From the NCBI GenBank assembly GCA_965249485.1, contig OZ252239.1, forward strand, positions 640,001-704,000: a DNA stretch of 64,000 bases. The letters are read 5' to 3'. A model generated the notes under the pieces. It was not told the origin of the DNA. It did no database searches and was given only the letters and a program-made list of their open reading frames with translations. The stretch comes from a bacterium (GTDB lineage Bacteria > SM23-31). The translations under genes were made by a program, and so were the position numbers. Position 1 is the stretch's first letter; each line of letters starts with the position of its first letter. This document shows, in pieces, positions 17,878-27,201 of the stretch.

Positions 17878-19650
17878 TCAGCTCATACATTCGCCGGGAC
17901 CGGTATTGACAATAAAATCCGTATCTTCACCGATGTCGGTATAATATTCGGGGGCTTCCTCGTAACTCGGAACAAGCGCAAGATCCTGCAAATGCTCTTT
18001 AAAGCTCCGTGGACCGACCCGCTTTACATAATCCCAAAAAGTTTCTTCTTCGTTCCGTTCTGACAAGAAGCGTTTTACAATTCTCATAACTGCCTCGGAT
18101 CCTCGCTTAGCGGGGATTTTCATAACAATATCCCCATAATCCTGCAAACCGGAATTGATACCGCCGCCGATAAACAAAATATAATGTGGTGCAAGTCGTC
18201 CTTTGACCTTTCTGACCGCACCGTGGAGCCCGATTGAAGCAACATGGTGTTGACCACACGAATTCGGACAGCCGCTGATTTTAACACGGAGGTCGCGTAA
18301 AATCTTGCTCCATCCGCTGTTTTCACGGAAAAAGGTGGTTAATTCGCTTCCCAGTGCTCGTGAATGAGTTATACCTAATTGACAGGTATCGGCACCGGGA
18401 CATGCAGTTACGTTTCCGATTGAATCAGCACCGGGCGTTTCAAGACCTGCCTTTTTAAGGTCACTATAAAGATGCATCAAGTCGTCTGTTTTTATCCATC
18501 TGAGAATTATGTCTTGTGTCGCAGATGTCCGGACTGTACCATCTGAATAGGTTTCAGAAATTTTTGCGAGTGCATAATACTGTTCCGATGTTATATCACC
18601 GATTACCGGGTTTACATAGACAATATTATACCCCTTCTGTTTTTGATGGGATATGTTTGTCTGTCTCCAAAAATCAAATTCATGCTGGGCAATATTACTA
18701 ACATCGGGTTTCTCAGTTACATTATACTCTGGGGGTTCTTCATCATAAAGTTCAACTTCGGGAACTTCTGTCCCTTTGGGAAACAGCCGGTCGCGCTCTT
18801 TATAAACATGCTTTTTGAAATCCTGAAAACCGAGTTTCCACAAAACATATTTCATCCGTGCGCGTTTTCTATTGATGTGATCACCATGCTTGTCGAATAC
18901 GGAAATAATCGCTGCGGATACCTGAATAAACTGCTCAACCGGCAAAAATTCTTCGAACACGTCCGCTACACGGGTATGTGCACCGAGTCCGCCGCCGATG
19001 TAGACTTTAAATCCCCGCCGTTCAGAACCGTTTTCGCCTATTGTCGTTGCTACAAATCCAATATCATGTATCCAAGGAATGATTCCGTCTCTGTCGGCAT
19101 CGGCACCGGAAAAAGAAATTTTGAACTTCCGGGGAAGCTTTGATGTAATTTCGTTACGCATCAGATATTTCGTTAGCGTGAGCAGATACGGAGTAATGTC
19201 AAAGGCTTCTTCCCGCGAAACACCGGCAACCGGCGATCCGACAACATTCCTTACAGTATTGCCGCACGCCTCTCGTGTCGTCAATCCTGTTTCGGCAAGC
19301 TTTTTCATCACCTGTGGAACCGTTTCTATTTTTACCCAGTGGTACTGTATATCCTGCCGGGTCGTTACATGGCCGAGACCATCAGCATATTCAGCAGCAA
19401 CATAGCCGATCGTTCTGAGCTGTTCCGATGCAAGAATGCCACCCGGAATCTTAACGCGAATCATGTTCAGACCAGGCTGGTCTATACGCTGACCGTATAT
19501 ACCCCGCTTCAAGCGGAAGCTTCTGAATTCATCATCAGAAACCTCGCCGTTTTTTAACTTCTCGAGCATTACTTTGAATTCTTTGATATCCTCATGTAGA
19601 TCTTCTGCTGTATCAACAGCAAAACGTGGATAATCTAATTGTATGTCCAT
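17878..19650 (-). CDS. sir: Siroheme/4Fe-4S sulfite reductase (ferredoxin-type)
   Basis: GIYGQR, MIRVKIPGG, TTRQDIQ, LPRKFKI, ACPGADTC, ISGCPNSCG; linkage to cysH and cysG favours sulfite over nitrite. Confidence 0.88.
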   Translation of the reverse strand: MDIQLDYPRFAVDTAEDLHEDIKEFKVMLEKLKNGEVSDDEFRSFRLKRGIYGQRIDQPGLNMIRVKIPGGILASEQLRTIGYVAAEYADGLGHVTTRQDIQYHWVKIETVPQVMKKLAETGLTTREACGNTVRNVVGSPVAGVSREEAFDITPYLLTLTKYLMRNEITSKLPRKFKISFSGADADRDGIIPWIHDIGFVATTIGENGSERRGFKVYIGGGLGAHTRVADVFEEFLPVEQFIQVSAAIISVFDKHGDHINRKRARMKYVLWKLGFQDFKKHVYKERDRLFPKGTEVPEVELYDEEPPEYNVTEKPDVSNIAQHEFDFWRQTNISHQKQKGYNIVYVNPVIGDITSEQYYALAKISETYSDGTVRTSATQDIILRWIKTDDLMHLYSDLKKAGLETPGADSIGNVTACPGADTCQLGITHSRALGSELTTFFRENSGWSKILRDLRVKISGCPNSCGQHHVASIGLHGAVRKVKGRLAPHYILFIGGGINSGLQDYGDIVMKIPAKRGSEAVMRIVKRFLSERNEEETFWDYVKRVGPRSFKEHLQDLALVPSYEEAPEYYTDIGEDTDFIVNTGPGECMS

Positions 19651-19708
19651 AGTATCTATCTTTTTTCTGTTATTTGTTCAAATATAATGAGAGTGATTTA
19701 TAGGTATT

Positions 19709-19741
19709 AAAAAACCCTTCAATCTGTGGCTTGAAGGGTTT
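19709..19741 (-). terminator. Attenuator terminator in the sir operon leader
   Basis: Minus strand AAACCCTTCAA-GCCACAGA-TTGAAGGG followed by six T; 24 nt after the leader stop and about 60 nt before the sir ATG. Confidence 0.85.
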
Positions 19742-19765
19742 CGGAAATTTCGTATTTACATAAAC

Positions 19766-19858
19766 CTACCCATGCCACTGCCTTATACAAGGCATACAAA
19801 TGCAACAACACATGCAGCATGCTGTAATGTTCAACATATGTAGGTTTAAACGTGTCAT
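19766..19858 (-). CDS. Cys/Met-rich leader peptide (30 aa)
   Basis: Translates MTRLNLHMLNITACCMCCCICMPCIRQWHG*; 7 Cys and 2 Met within codons 14-24; too short for the ORF track. Confidence 0.85.
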   Translation of the reverse strand: MTRLNLHMLNITACCMCCCICMPCIRQWHG

Positions 19859-19888
19859 GATAGTTTGGTGAGTAAATTTAGAGTAGAC

Positions 19889-19917
19889 AGTTTAAGCATT
19901 AATATTTTAAAATGCAA
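19889..19917 (-). promoter_or_regulatory. sigma70 promoter of the leader and sir operon
   Basis: Minus strand TTGCAT-N17-TAAACT, 30 nt upstream of the leader ATG. Confidence 0.7.
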
Positions 19918-20170
19918 GGCCTTTTTATGTCATAAGCACCAGTGTTCTATTATAATTCTGCCTGCTTACACATACAAACATATTATTTGATTTTAATAGT
20001 TCCATTATAATCACTTTATGCTATTTATTTTGTACTTTTTATCAGATTAATATATATTAGACATTAATACCTTTACAATATTTTTTAGTTTATGATTCAA
20101 TGTATCTTTCTTATTGCTATGTTTCATCATACTAAACAGTTACTATTCAATTTAAGGAGTGTAATGTCCA

Positions 20171-22082
20171 ATGAGTTTACCTTTAAACGAACTTGAACAA
20201 AAACTCAAATCTCAACGGAAAAATTCGAAAGAAAAAGTTGAGACTTTGATAGATATTGCCTGGCAATCTGTTGACAGAGGTTATTCAAAAACCTTAACCA
20301 TGCGGGCGCTACGAATCTCAAAACAACTGAACTACCTCCGCGGTATAGGTTTAGCATATCGGAACTTAGGTATGATTCACGGTATGCTATCAGAAATTGA
20401 GCAGTTATATACAAAAATTTATAGAGCGCTCGACATCTTTGAAGAACTGGATGATATTGAAGGAAAAGGTACCTGCATATTTATTATCGGTTTAGCACAT
20501 TGGAATATGGGTGATTACGATACTGGTTTCCGGTATATTCAGGAATCGATGGACAATGTTACAAAGCTGGATGACAAAGAAATGGAAGGGTGGGTCCTCT
20601 ATACACTGGGAAACTGTTATTACGACTTACATGATTATAAGCAGGCTCTGCAAATGTACCAAAAAGCACTTTTACGGAACACTGATAATCAATTACGGGT
20701 CGGCGAAGCACGCTGTTATTCCGGCATTGGTTCAGTGTATCAGCAGATGGAAAAATATGATAAAGCGCTCGAATATCACTTCAAAAGCCTTGCATTAAAC
20801 AGGAAGAACCGTCAACCAAACGGTGAATCAAGATCGTTGAACGACATTGGTATGGTCTATCAGTTAACCGGAGAATTTAAAAAGTCTCTCAAGTATCATA
20901 AGGAGAGTTTGAATTTACGGGAAAATATGAGTTATAAACAGGGGATTTCAACATCGCTGCTCGATTTAGGATCGTTATACCTTAAACAGAAAAAGTTTTC
21001 AAATGCTGAGAAGTACTTCAAACAGGGGCTTGTCCTGTCGCGGGAGATTCAGGCTAAACCGAAAGTGCTTGCCGCTCATAAACACCTCTCTGACCTCTAT
21101 AAGGAGCAGGGCAATTTTGAGAAAGCTCTCAATCATTACAAATTATATAGAGAAGCCGAGCGGGAAGTGCTAAACGAGTCGTCAAATCAAAAACTCACCA
21201 GCATGAAAGCATCCCATGATGTTGAATCATCTAAAAAAGAGGCGGAAATATTCCGGCTCAAAAATGTGGCATTGAAAGAAAAAAACAGTGCGTTAAATAA
21301 AGCGTTGAAGGAGTTGAAAGCCGCACAGGCACAACTGATCCAGTCAGAAACGATGGCCTCGCTCGGAAAGATTACCGCAGGTATTACACACGAGATTAAC
21401 AGCCCCATTGGCGTCATAAAGAGTACTTCAGACACTCTTTCTCGAAGTTTTAAAAAAATATCCCAATCGATCGAGACAAGCTCAACCATTGACGACCTGA
21501 TGAATAATAAGGTGTTCGAAAAATCCTTCACTACAATAAAAAACAATCTTGTTGTTACATCAGACGCAAGTAAGCAGGATTGAATCATTGATCAATAGTC
21601 TCAAAAATTTTTCCCGATTGGACGAAGCCGATTATCAGGTAGCGGATCTTCACGAGGGAATCGAAAGCACCCCTACTTTTTTGTCACCAAAAATTAACGA
21701 CAGAATTTCCATATACAAAGAGTTCGGTGATTTGCCTAAAATAGCCTGTTATCCTCTCGAGATCAATCAAGTTTTTATGAATATTATCGGTAATTCTGTC
21801 GAAGCTATCGAAAGGCGCGGAGAAATAACGATAAAGACTTTTTCCGATGAAAAAAATGTTTTTATTTCAATATCAGATAGCGGTGCAGGTATTCCACATA
21901 AGGATATGAAGAAGATATTTGAGCCTGAATTCCGCACTAAAAAGAGCCGGATTGGGCTCGGAATGGGGTTGTACACTTCACATAATATAATTCTGAGGCA
22001 CAAAGGAACATTGGATATTGAAAGTCAGGTTGGAAAGGGTACTTCAACTACTATTTCACTTCCCAAAAAATTCAGAAATTAA
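20171..22082 (+). pseudogene. TPR-repeat sensor histidine kinase, frameshifted near 21570
   Basis: TPR repeats, H-box GITHEINSP in the first ORF; RIESLINSLKNFSR, N-box, DSGAG and GLGMGL in the overlapping second frame. Confidence 0.8.
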
Positions 22083-22096
22083 GTATTTAGCTGCTT

Positions 22097-23224
22097 TTAT
22101 TTGACATCCGGCGTGTAGACCACCTTGCTGCTTCCGGAGTCTTCTGAGCGTTCAAAGGCTAGTTCGATGAGCTGTGTTATAAGTCCCTGATAGGAAAGGC
22201 CGCTTGCTTCCCAGAGTTTCGGGTACATGCTGATCGAAGTAAATCCTGGCAGAGTATTCAGCTCGTTAACAAAGACTTCATCGGTTGTACGATCGACTAA
22301 AAAATCAACCCGTGCCATACCCGCGCAATCGACTGCCTTGTATGCCTGAATTGCAAGATCTTGTATTAGTTGCGCAGTTTTGTCCGGAAATTCAGCTGGT
22401 ATAATCAATTCCGATGTATCATCAATATATTTTGCGTTATAATCATAAAATTCATTCGAGGGGATAATTTCACCGGGCACAGATACTTTCGGCTCGTCGT
22501 TACCGAGAACCGAACATTCTATTTCACGTGCATCGACCGCTTTTTCAACCACAATTTTTCTGTCGTATTCAGCTGCTGTATTAAACGCTTTTTCAAAATC
22601 TGCAACATTTTCAACTTTTGTTACACCGACGCTTGAACCGGTATTCGACGGCTTCGCAAAGCAGGGAAATCCAATGGTATGTTCCACCATTTTTGCGATA
22701 CCCGCTTTGTCGTTCTTCAACGCTTTACGCAAAAAATACTCAAAAGGGGGTGTGGGAATATTGCTGCTTATAAACACTTGCTTCATCAACACTTTGTCCA
22801 TACAGACTGCTGATGAAGCCACACCTGCACCGACATAAGGAATTCCTGCCATTTCCAGCAATCCCTGCAGTGTTCCATCTTCACCATAGGGTCCATGAAG
22901 AACCGGAAATACAACATCCAGTTTTTTGAGGAATCGTGTGATTTCTGTTTCGCTGCCGGAAGTTACTGCCACAAGACAGCCGTCTGCGGGTGTTGTGGGC
23001 AAATAGAGCATTTCATGATACTGCGGCTGTTTTCCGTTAAGAAGGTTTTGAGCGTCATCGCCGGCAACCCAATTTCCACTATGGGTGATGCCGATACATT
23101 CCACATCATATTTTGCAGTATCTATATGCTGTAGAATTGATCTGGCTGATGAAAGTGAAACTTCGTGCTCGCGGGATCGTCCTCCGAACAGAATGCCGAC
23201 ACGAATTTTTGAGCTGTTTGTCAT
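22097..23224 (-). CDS. ddl: D-alanine--D-alanine ligase
   Basis: GGRSREHEVS, LHGPYGEDG, GSSVG, NELNTLPGFT. Confidence 0.98.
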   Translation of the reverse strand: MTNSSKIRVGILFGGRSREHEVSLSSARSILQHIDTAKYDVECIGITHSGNWVAGDDAQNLLNGKQPQYHEMLYLPTTPADGCLVAVTSGSETEITRFLKKLDVVFPVLHGPYGEDGTLQGLLEMAGIPYVGAGVASSAVCMDKVLMKQVFISSNIPTPPFEYFLRKALKNDKAGIAKMVEHTIGFPCFAKPSNTGSSVGVTKVENVADFEKAFNTAAEYDRKIVVEKAVDAREIECSVLGNDEPKVSVPGEIIPSNEFYDYNAKYIDDTSELIIPAEFPDKTAQLIQDLAIQAYKAVDCAGMARVDFLVDRTTDEVFVNELNTLPGFTSISMYPKLWEASGLSYQGLITQLIELAFERSEDSGSSKVVYTPDVK

Positions 23225-25020
23225 GAAGTCTTCGTCTTTTTTGCTTTGGCAATCAAGAGACCCAATTCTTCAAGCTGCTCTTTATCGATCTCGGATGGTG
23301 TTTCGACCATGGGACAGAATGCTTTATTTGTTTTCGGAAATGCAATCACTTCGCGGATCGACTGCTTTTCTGCAAGGAGCATGGCAATCCTATCGAAGCC
23401 GAGTGCGATTCCGCCGTGGGGAGGCGCACCAAAATCAAATGCTTCGAGCAAAAAGCCGAACTTTTTCAGGGCTGATTCGCGGTCGATGCCGAGGGCATCG
23501 AAAACTTTTTCCTGAACATCTCTTTTATGGATACGAATACTGCCACTTCCAAGTTCATACCCATTCAGGACAATATCATAGGCGCGGGATCGGACTCGTG
23601 CCGGATCTCTTTTCAAATATTCAAGGTCTTCCATAACAGGAGATGTGAATGGATGGTGTGTTGACAGGTATCTGCCCGACTCTTCATCATATTCGAAGAG
23701 AGGAAATTCGGTCACCCATGTGAAGCAGAACCGTCCTTTTGGTGGAATCTCAAACTTACGGATAAGCTCAAGCCGCAACTTCCCAAGCACATCCAAAGTT
23801 GTTTTCCGTTTGTCTGCGACGAGAAAAACAACATCACCGATCCTTGCATCCATTTTCTCCATGATCAATTTCGAGTGCTCTTCGGAGAGAAACTTGGCAA
23901 CAGGCCCCTGAAATCCGTCTTCATTGATTTTGAGTGTCACAAGCCCTTTTGCGCCTTCGTCAGTGGCACATTTGGTAATATCGTCAACCATTTTTCTCGA
24001 AATATCGAGCTTCTCTTTCAGTACTAATCCGGAAACGATGCCCCCGTTTTTGACTACATCTGAAAATACTTGAAAATCGGATTTTTTTGCAATATCGCTG
24101 ATATCAACCAGCTGCATATCCCAGCGGGTATCCGGCTTGTCACTCCCGTATCGCTCCATCGCTTCATTATACGACAATCTCAAAATCGGAGTTGCTATTT
24201 CAAGATCATGGACATCACGCATCAGTTTGATAAACATACCGTCTATAATGGAATAAATATCTTCTTCATCAATGAATGACATTTCCAGGTCAATCTGTGT
24301 GAATTCGGGCTGCCTGTCCGCACGGAGATCTTCATCGCGAAAACATCTCACAATCTGTATATATTTATCGAGACCTGCCACCATGAGAATTTGTTTGTAC
24401 GTCTGCGGTGACTGCGGGAGAGCGTAGAAGCTTCCGGGAAACACTCTGCTCGGAACAAGATAATCCCGGGCACCTTCAGGCGTGCTTTTCATGAGCATCG
24501 GTGTCTCAATTTCAAGAAATCCCTGCCCGTCGAAATAATTTCTGACAGACTGATAGCACGAGTGCCTGAGAATTATATTTTTTTGCATGACCTCCCTTCG
24601 GAGATCGAGATAGCGCCATTTTAACCTTATATCTTCCGATATCTCTCCCGATTCGCTGACAGAAAATGGTGTCACTTTGCTCTCATTCAAAATTTGTATT
24701 TCATCAGCAGCTACCTCGATCATACCAGTAGCAAGCTTTTTGTTTACCATATCATCGGGACGTGCTTCAACTACTCCCCGTGCCGCAAGTACAAATTCAC
24801 GTCTGAGTTCTTTGGCCATACCGTGTGCTTCCGGATCCTTGCTCAGGTCAAAAACAATTTGTGTTATTCCATATCTGTCGCGCAGGTCAATAAACCGTAC
24901 ACCGCCGTGGTCCCGCCAGTTGTCGATCCAGCCATTTAGTGTAACTATTTTTCCGATATCGTCTACTTTGAGATCACCACATGTGTGTGTTCTCTTAAAA
25001 AATGTATCCTGCATATTCAC
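23221..25020 (-). CDS. aspS: Aspartate--tRNA ligase
   Basis: RTHTCG, DLRDRYG, FRDEDLRADRQPEFTQ, GAPPHGG, AFPK. Confidence 0.99.
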   Translation of the reverse strand: MNMQDTFFKRTHTCGDLKVDDIGKIVTLNGWIDNWRDHGGVRFIDLRDRYGITQIVFDLSKDPEAHGMAKELRREFVLAARGVVEARPDDMVNKKLATGMIEVAADEIQILNESKVTPFSVSESGEISEDIRLKWRYLDLRREVMQKNIILRHSCYQSVRNYFDGQGFLEIETPMLMKSTPEGARDYLVPSRVFPGSFYALPQSPQTYKQILMVAGLDKYIQIVRCFRDEDLRADRQPEFTQIDLEMSFIDEEDIYSIIDGMFIKLMRDVHDLEIATPILRLSYNEAMERYGSDKPDTRWDMQLVDISDIAKKSDFQVFSDVVKNGGIVSGLVLKEKLDISRKMVDDITKCATDEGAKGLVTLKINEDGFQGPVAKFLSEEHSKLIMEKMDARIGDVVFLVADKRKTTLDVLGKLRLELIRKFEIPPKGRFCFTWVTEFPLFEYDEESGRYLSTHHPFTSPVMEDLEYLKRDPARVRSRAYDIVLNGYELGSGSIRIHKRDVQEKVFDALGIDRESALKKFGFLLEAFDFGAPPHGGIALGFDRIAMLLAEKQSIREVIAFPKTNKAFCPMVETPSEIDKEQLEELGLLIAKAKKTKTS

Positions 25021-25106
25021 TTTCCGCCTGTATCACGTTCAAACTTAAAATGTACCAAAAATAAATCACATATTCCACAGGAATAATCTACACATCAGGC
25101 ATGTAC

Positions 25107-27122
25107 CTACCGTATCAAAACCATCTTTTGTGTCTCGCTGAAACCCGGTGCTTGAAAGCGGTAAAAATAAATTCCCGATGACACTACTGTCCCTGCATCA
25201 TTACTCCCATCCCATCGTATTCTGTGCTCACCCGCGCTTAATGGGCCATTATTGAGCGTTTTGATGTGACGACCAAGAGCATCATAAATCATTAGCGACA
25301 CAGATGCGTTATGTTGCAGTCCCACTGTTATAATCGTTGACGCATTAAATGGATTGGGAAAATTGTTAGCGAGCGTAAATTCTACAGGAATCGTGACGTC
25401 GACATCTTCCTCCCGCTGCACATTCATGCTTCCTGATACAAATGTAAATATATTTCCTGATTCCGGAAATTCAGAATCGTTCCCATCACCATCCGAGGCG
25501 CTCATGAAAAATTTGACTCGTTGGCCAGTACTTGCCGGGATCACGGCGGAAAAAGAAGTTTCATCGTCCTGTGTCATGGCAATTTCTGTAAAATCGGATC
25601 CTGTCCCGAAGTTGTATTGGAGTTTTACTGAAGATGCATTAACACTGAGCGACGATAAAATCTTTGTCGAAATCTTATCTCCGCCTGAGACATTTTCGAT
25701 ATCCGCCACATTGCTGAATGCAGGCCCGAATGAACTCAGAGCATCAAGTGTATTAATTATTCCCCAGCCAAACTGATTGTCGGGATTACCATTTCTGCTT
25801 GCGGTCTCTTTTAGCGCTGTCATAACCTCAAAAGCGGTCGCCTCAGGCTGGGCAGACATGATGAGTGCCGCAGCACCCGCAGTGAGCGGACAAGAAAAAG
25901 ATGTACCGTTAACAAACGAGTAAGAATTTTGTGTTCCGGCAGTTGCCACGATAACCGACACTCCCATTGCTACAACATCGGGTTTAATTCTTCCATCCGC
26001 AGTTGGTCCGCGAGAGCTAAACGATGCTAATGAACCGGTTGATGTCACTGCCCCAACTGCGAGGACCGAATCACCATCCGCCGGAGCGCTGATTATTCCC
26101 CATGCATCGTTCCCCTCGTTTCCTGCAGAATTGACAATCAATAATCCTTTTGAAGCACCGATATCGGCAGCACGGGTTGTCACCGCAGTGTTACCGTCCA
26201 TATCAGCCTGTGTGTAAAATGAAACATCGTCGAATTCCGAATAACCGAGCGAGCTCGATACAATATCGACACCGACGCTGTCCAGCCACTCAAGGCCAGC
26301 GACCCAATAATCTTCTTCTATGGCACGTTCACCATTGTTATCTTCTGTTTTCGCCAGAGCAAATTGCGCGTCATACGCTGAGCCGATTAGACTTCCCTCA
26401 GCATAACCGGCAATAGTCGAGAAGGTGTTTGTTCCGTGATTTTGCTGAGTGGAAAGATCCTGACCGTTCTCATTCGATGTATTTCCATCATTATTGATGA
26501 AGTCGTATTCGGCAATAACTTCGGCGTTGACGATCGCATTATGCTCAAGATTAAATCCGGTGTCGAGCATGCCGATCAAAACTTTTTTTCCCGTAATGCC
26601 TGCTTGATGTACATCCAGTGCCCCAATCGCATCAATCTGTGTCAATGATGCTCCGTAGAGCTGGGGTACATCGCCTGTGTATCCCGATTTTGAACTACGT
26701 GCTGCAGGAGTGGGTTCCGGAACCGGGATGGTGGCAACTCTTCTGATTTCCCGAACAAAATCGAAACTCTCAATTTGCTGCAGTTGCTCATCTGTAAACT
26801 TAAAAGAAGCACCGTTAAGCCATTTCGATATGGTGACAAGCTCGCCACCGACTGCGGTAATTCGATTGAGATAGAGTTGTGATACCGGAAGGTCTGTTTC
26901 ATGGATCAGGTGGTCACTGTTTGTTTTTAACCGCCGTTTGATCGCCCGGTCGCTCACTATTGTTCTAAGTGTAAAAATATCCTGAGCCGTTTTCAGGTGT
27001 TGTGACGAATCTTTGTCATTGAAAAACACCCAATATTTTACCGGGGTAGGATCATTCGAGGGTGTCAGTGCAACCGAAACGAAGCACAGAAACGTAAGCA
27101 CTACTATTCTCTTTATGTTCAT
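25107..27122 (-). CDS. Secreted S8 subtilisin-like protease with FlgD_ig/T9SS-like C-terminal domain
   Basis: Signal peptide; catalytic triad MLDTG, HGT, GTSFS; C-terminal NFPNPFN...WDG...SGIYFY...KMVLIR. Confidence 0.92.
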   Translation of the reverse strand: MNIKRIVVLTFLCFVSVALTPSNDPTPVKYWVFFNDKDSSQHLKTAQDIFTLRTIVSDRAIKRRLKTNSDHLIHETDLPVSQLYLNRITAVGGELVTISKWLNGASFKFTDEQLQQIESFDFVREIRRVATIPVPEPTPAARSSKSGYTGDVPQLYGASLTQIDAIGALDVHQAGITGKKVLIGMLDTGFNLEHNAIVNAEVIAEYDFINNDGNTSNENGQDLSTQQNHGTNTFSTIAGYAEGSLIGSAYDAQFALAKTEDNNGERAIEEDYWVAGLEWLDSVGVDIVSSSLGYSEFDDVSFYTQADMDGNTAVTTRAADIGASKGLLIVNSAGNEGNDAWGIISAPADGDSVLAVGAVTSTGSLASFSSRGPTADGRIKPDVVAMGVSVIVATAGTQNSYSFVNGTSFSCPLTAGAAALIMSAQPEATAFEVMTALKETASRNGNPDNQFGWGIINTLDALSSFGPAFSNVADIENVSGGDKISTKILSSLSVNASSVKLQYNFGTGSDFTEIAMTQDDETSFSAVIPASTGQRVKFFMSASDGDGNDSEFPESGNIFTFVSGSMNVQREEDVDVTIPVEFTLANNFPNPFNASTIITVGLQHNASVSLMIYDALGRHIKTLNNGPLSAGEHRIRWDGSNDAGTVVSSGIYFYRFQAPGFSETQKMVLIR

Positions 27123-27201
27123 AGTTTATATCATTATTTATTGCTATTTCTACTTGTATCGGCCGATATTTTCATCAGTATAACGTCCGAACAGATATAT
27201 T

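Noticed and set aside
19766..19858. Cys-rich peptide as a metallothionein or RiPP precursor
   Set aside because: Its position between a promoter and a terminator ahead of cysteine-supply genes, with no modifying enzymes nearby, fits an attenuator leader better; not fully excluded.
23085..23636. Long antisense or alternate-frame ORFs in the track (e.g. 23085..23636, 18643..19143, 5577..6038, 41780..42169, 48685..49014)
   Set aside because: They overlap well-supported genes and show no recognisable motifs; treated as shadow ORFs.
25062..25092. Three DnaA-box-like 9-mers upstream of aspS
   Set aside because: Each has 1-2 mismatches to a relaxed consensus, which is expected by chance in AT-rich DNA.
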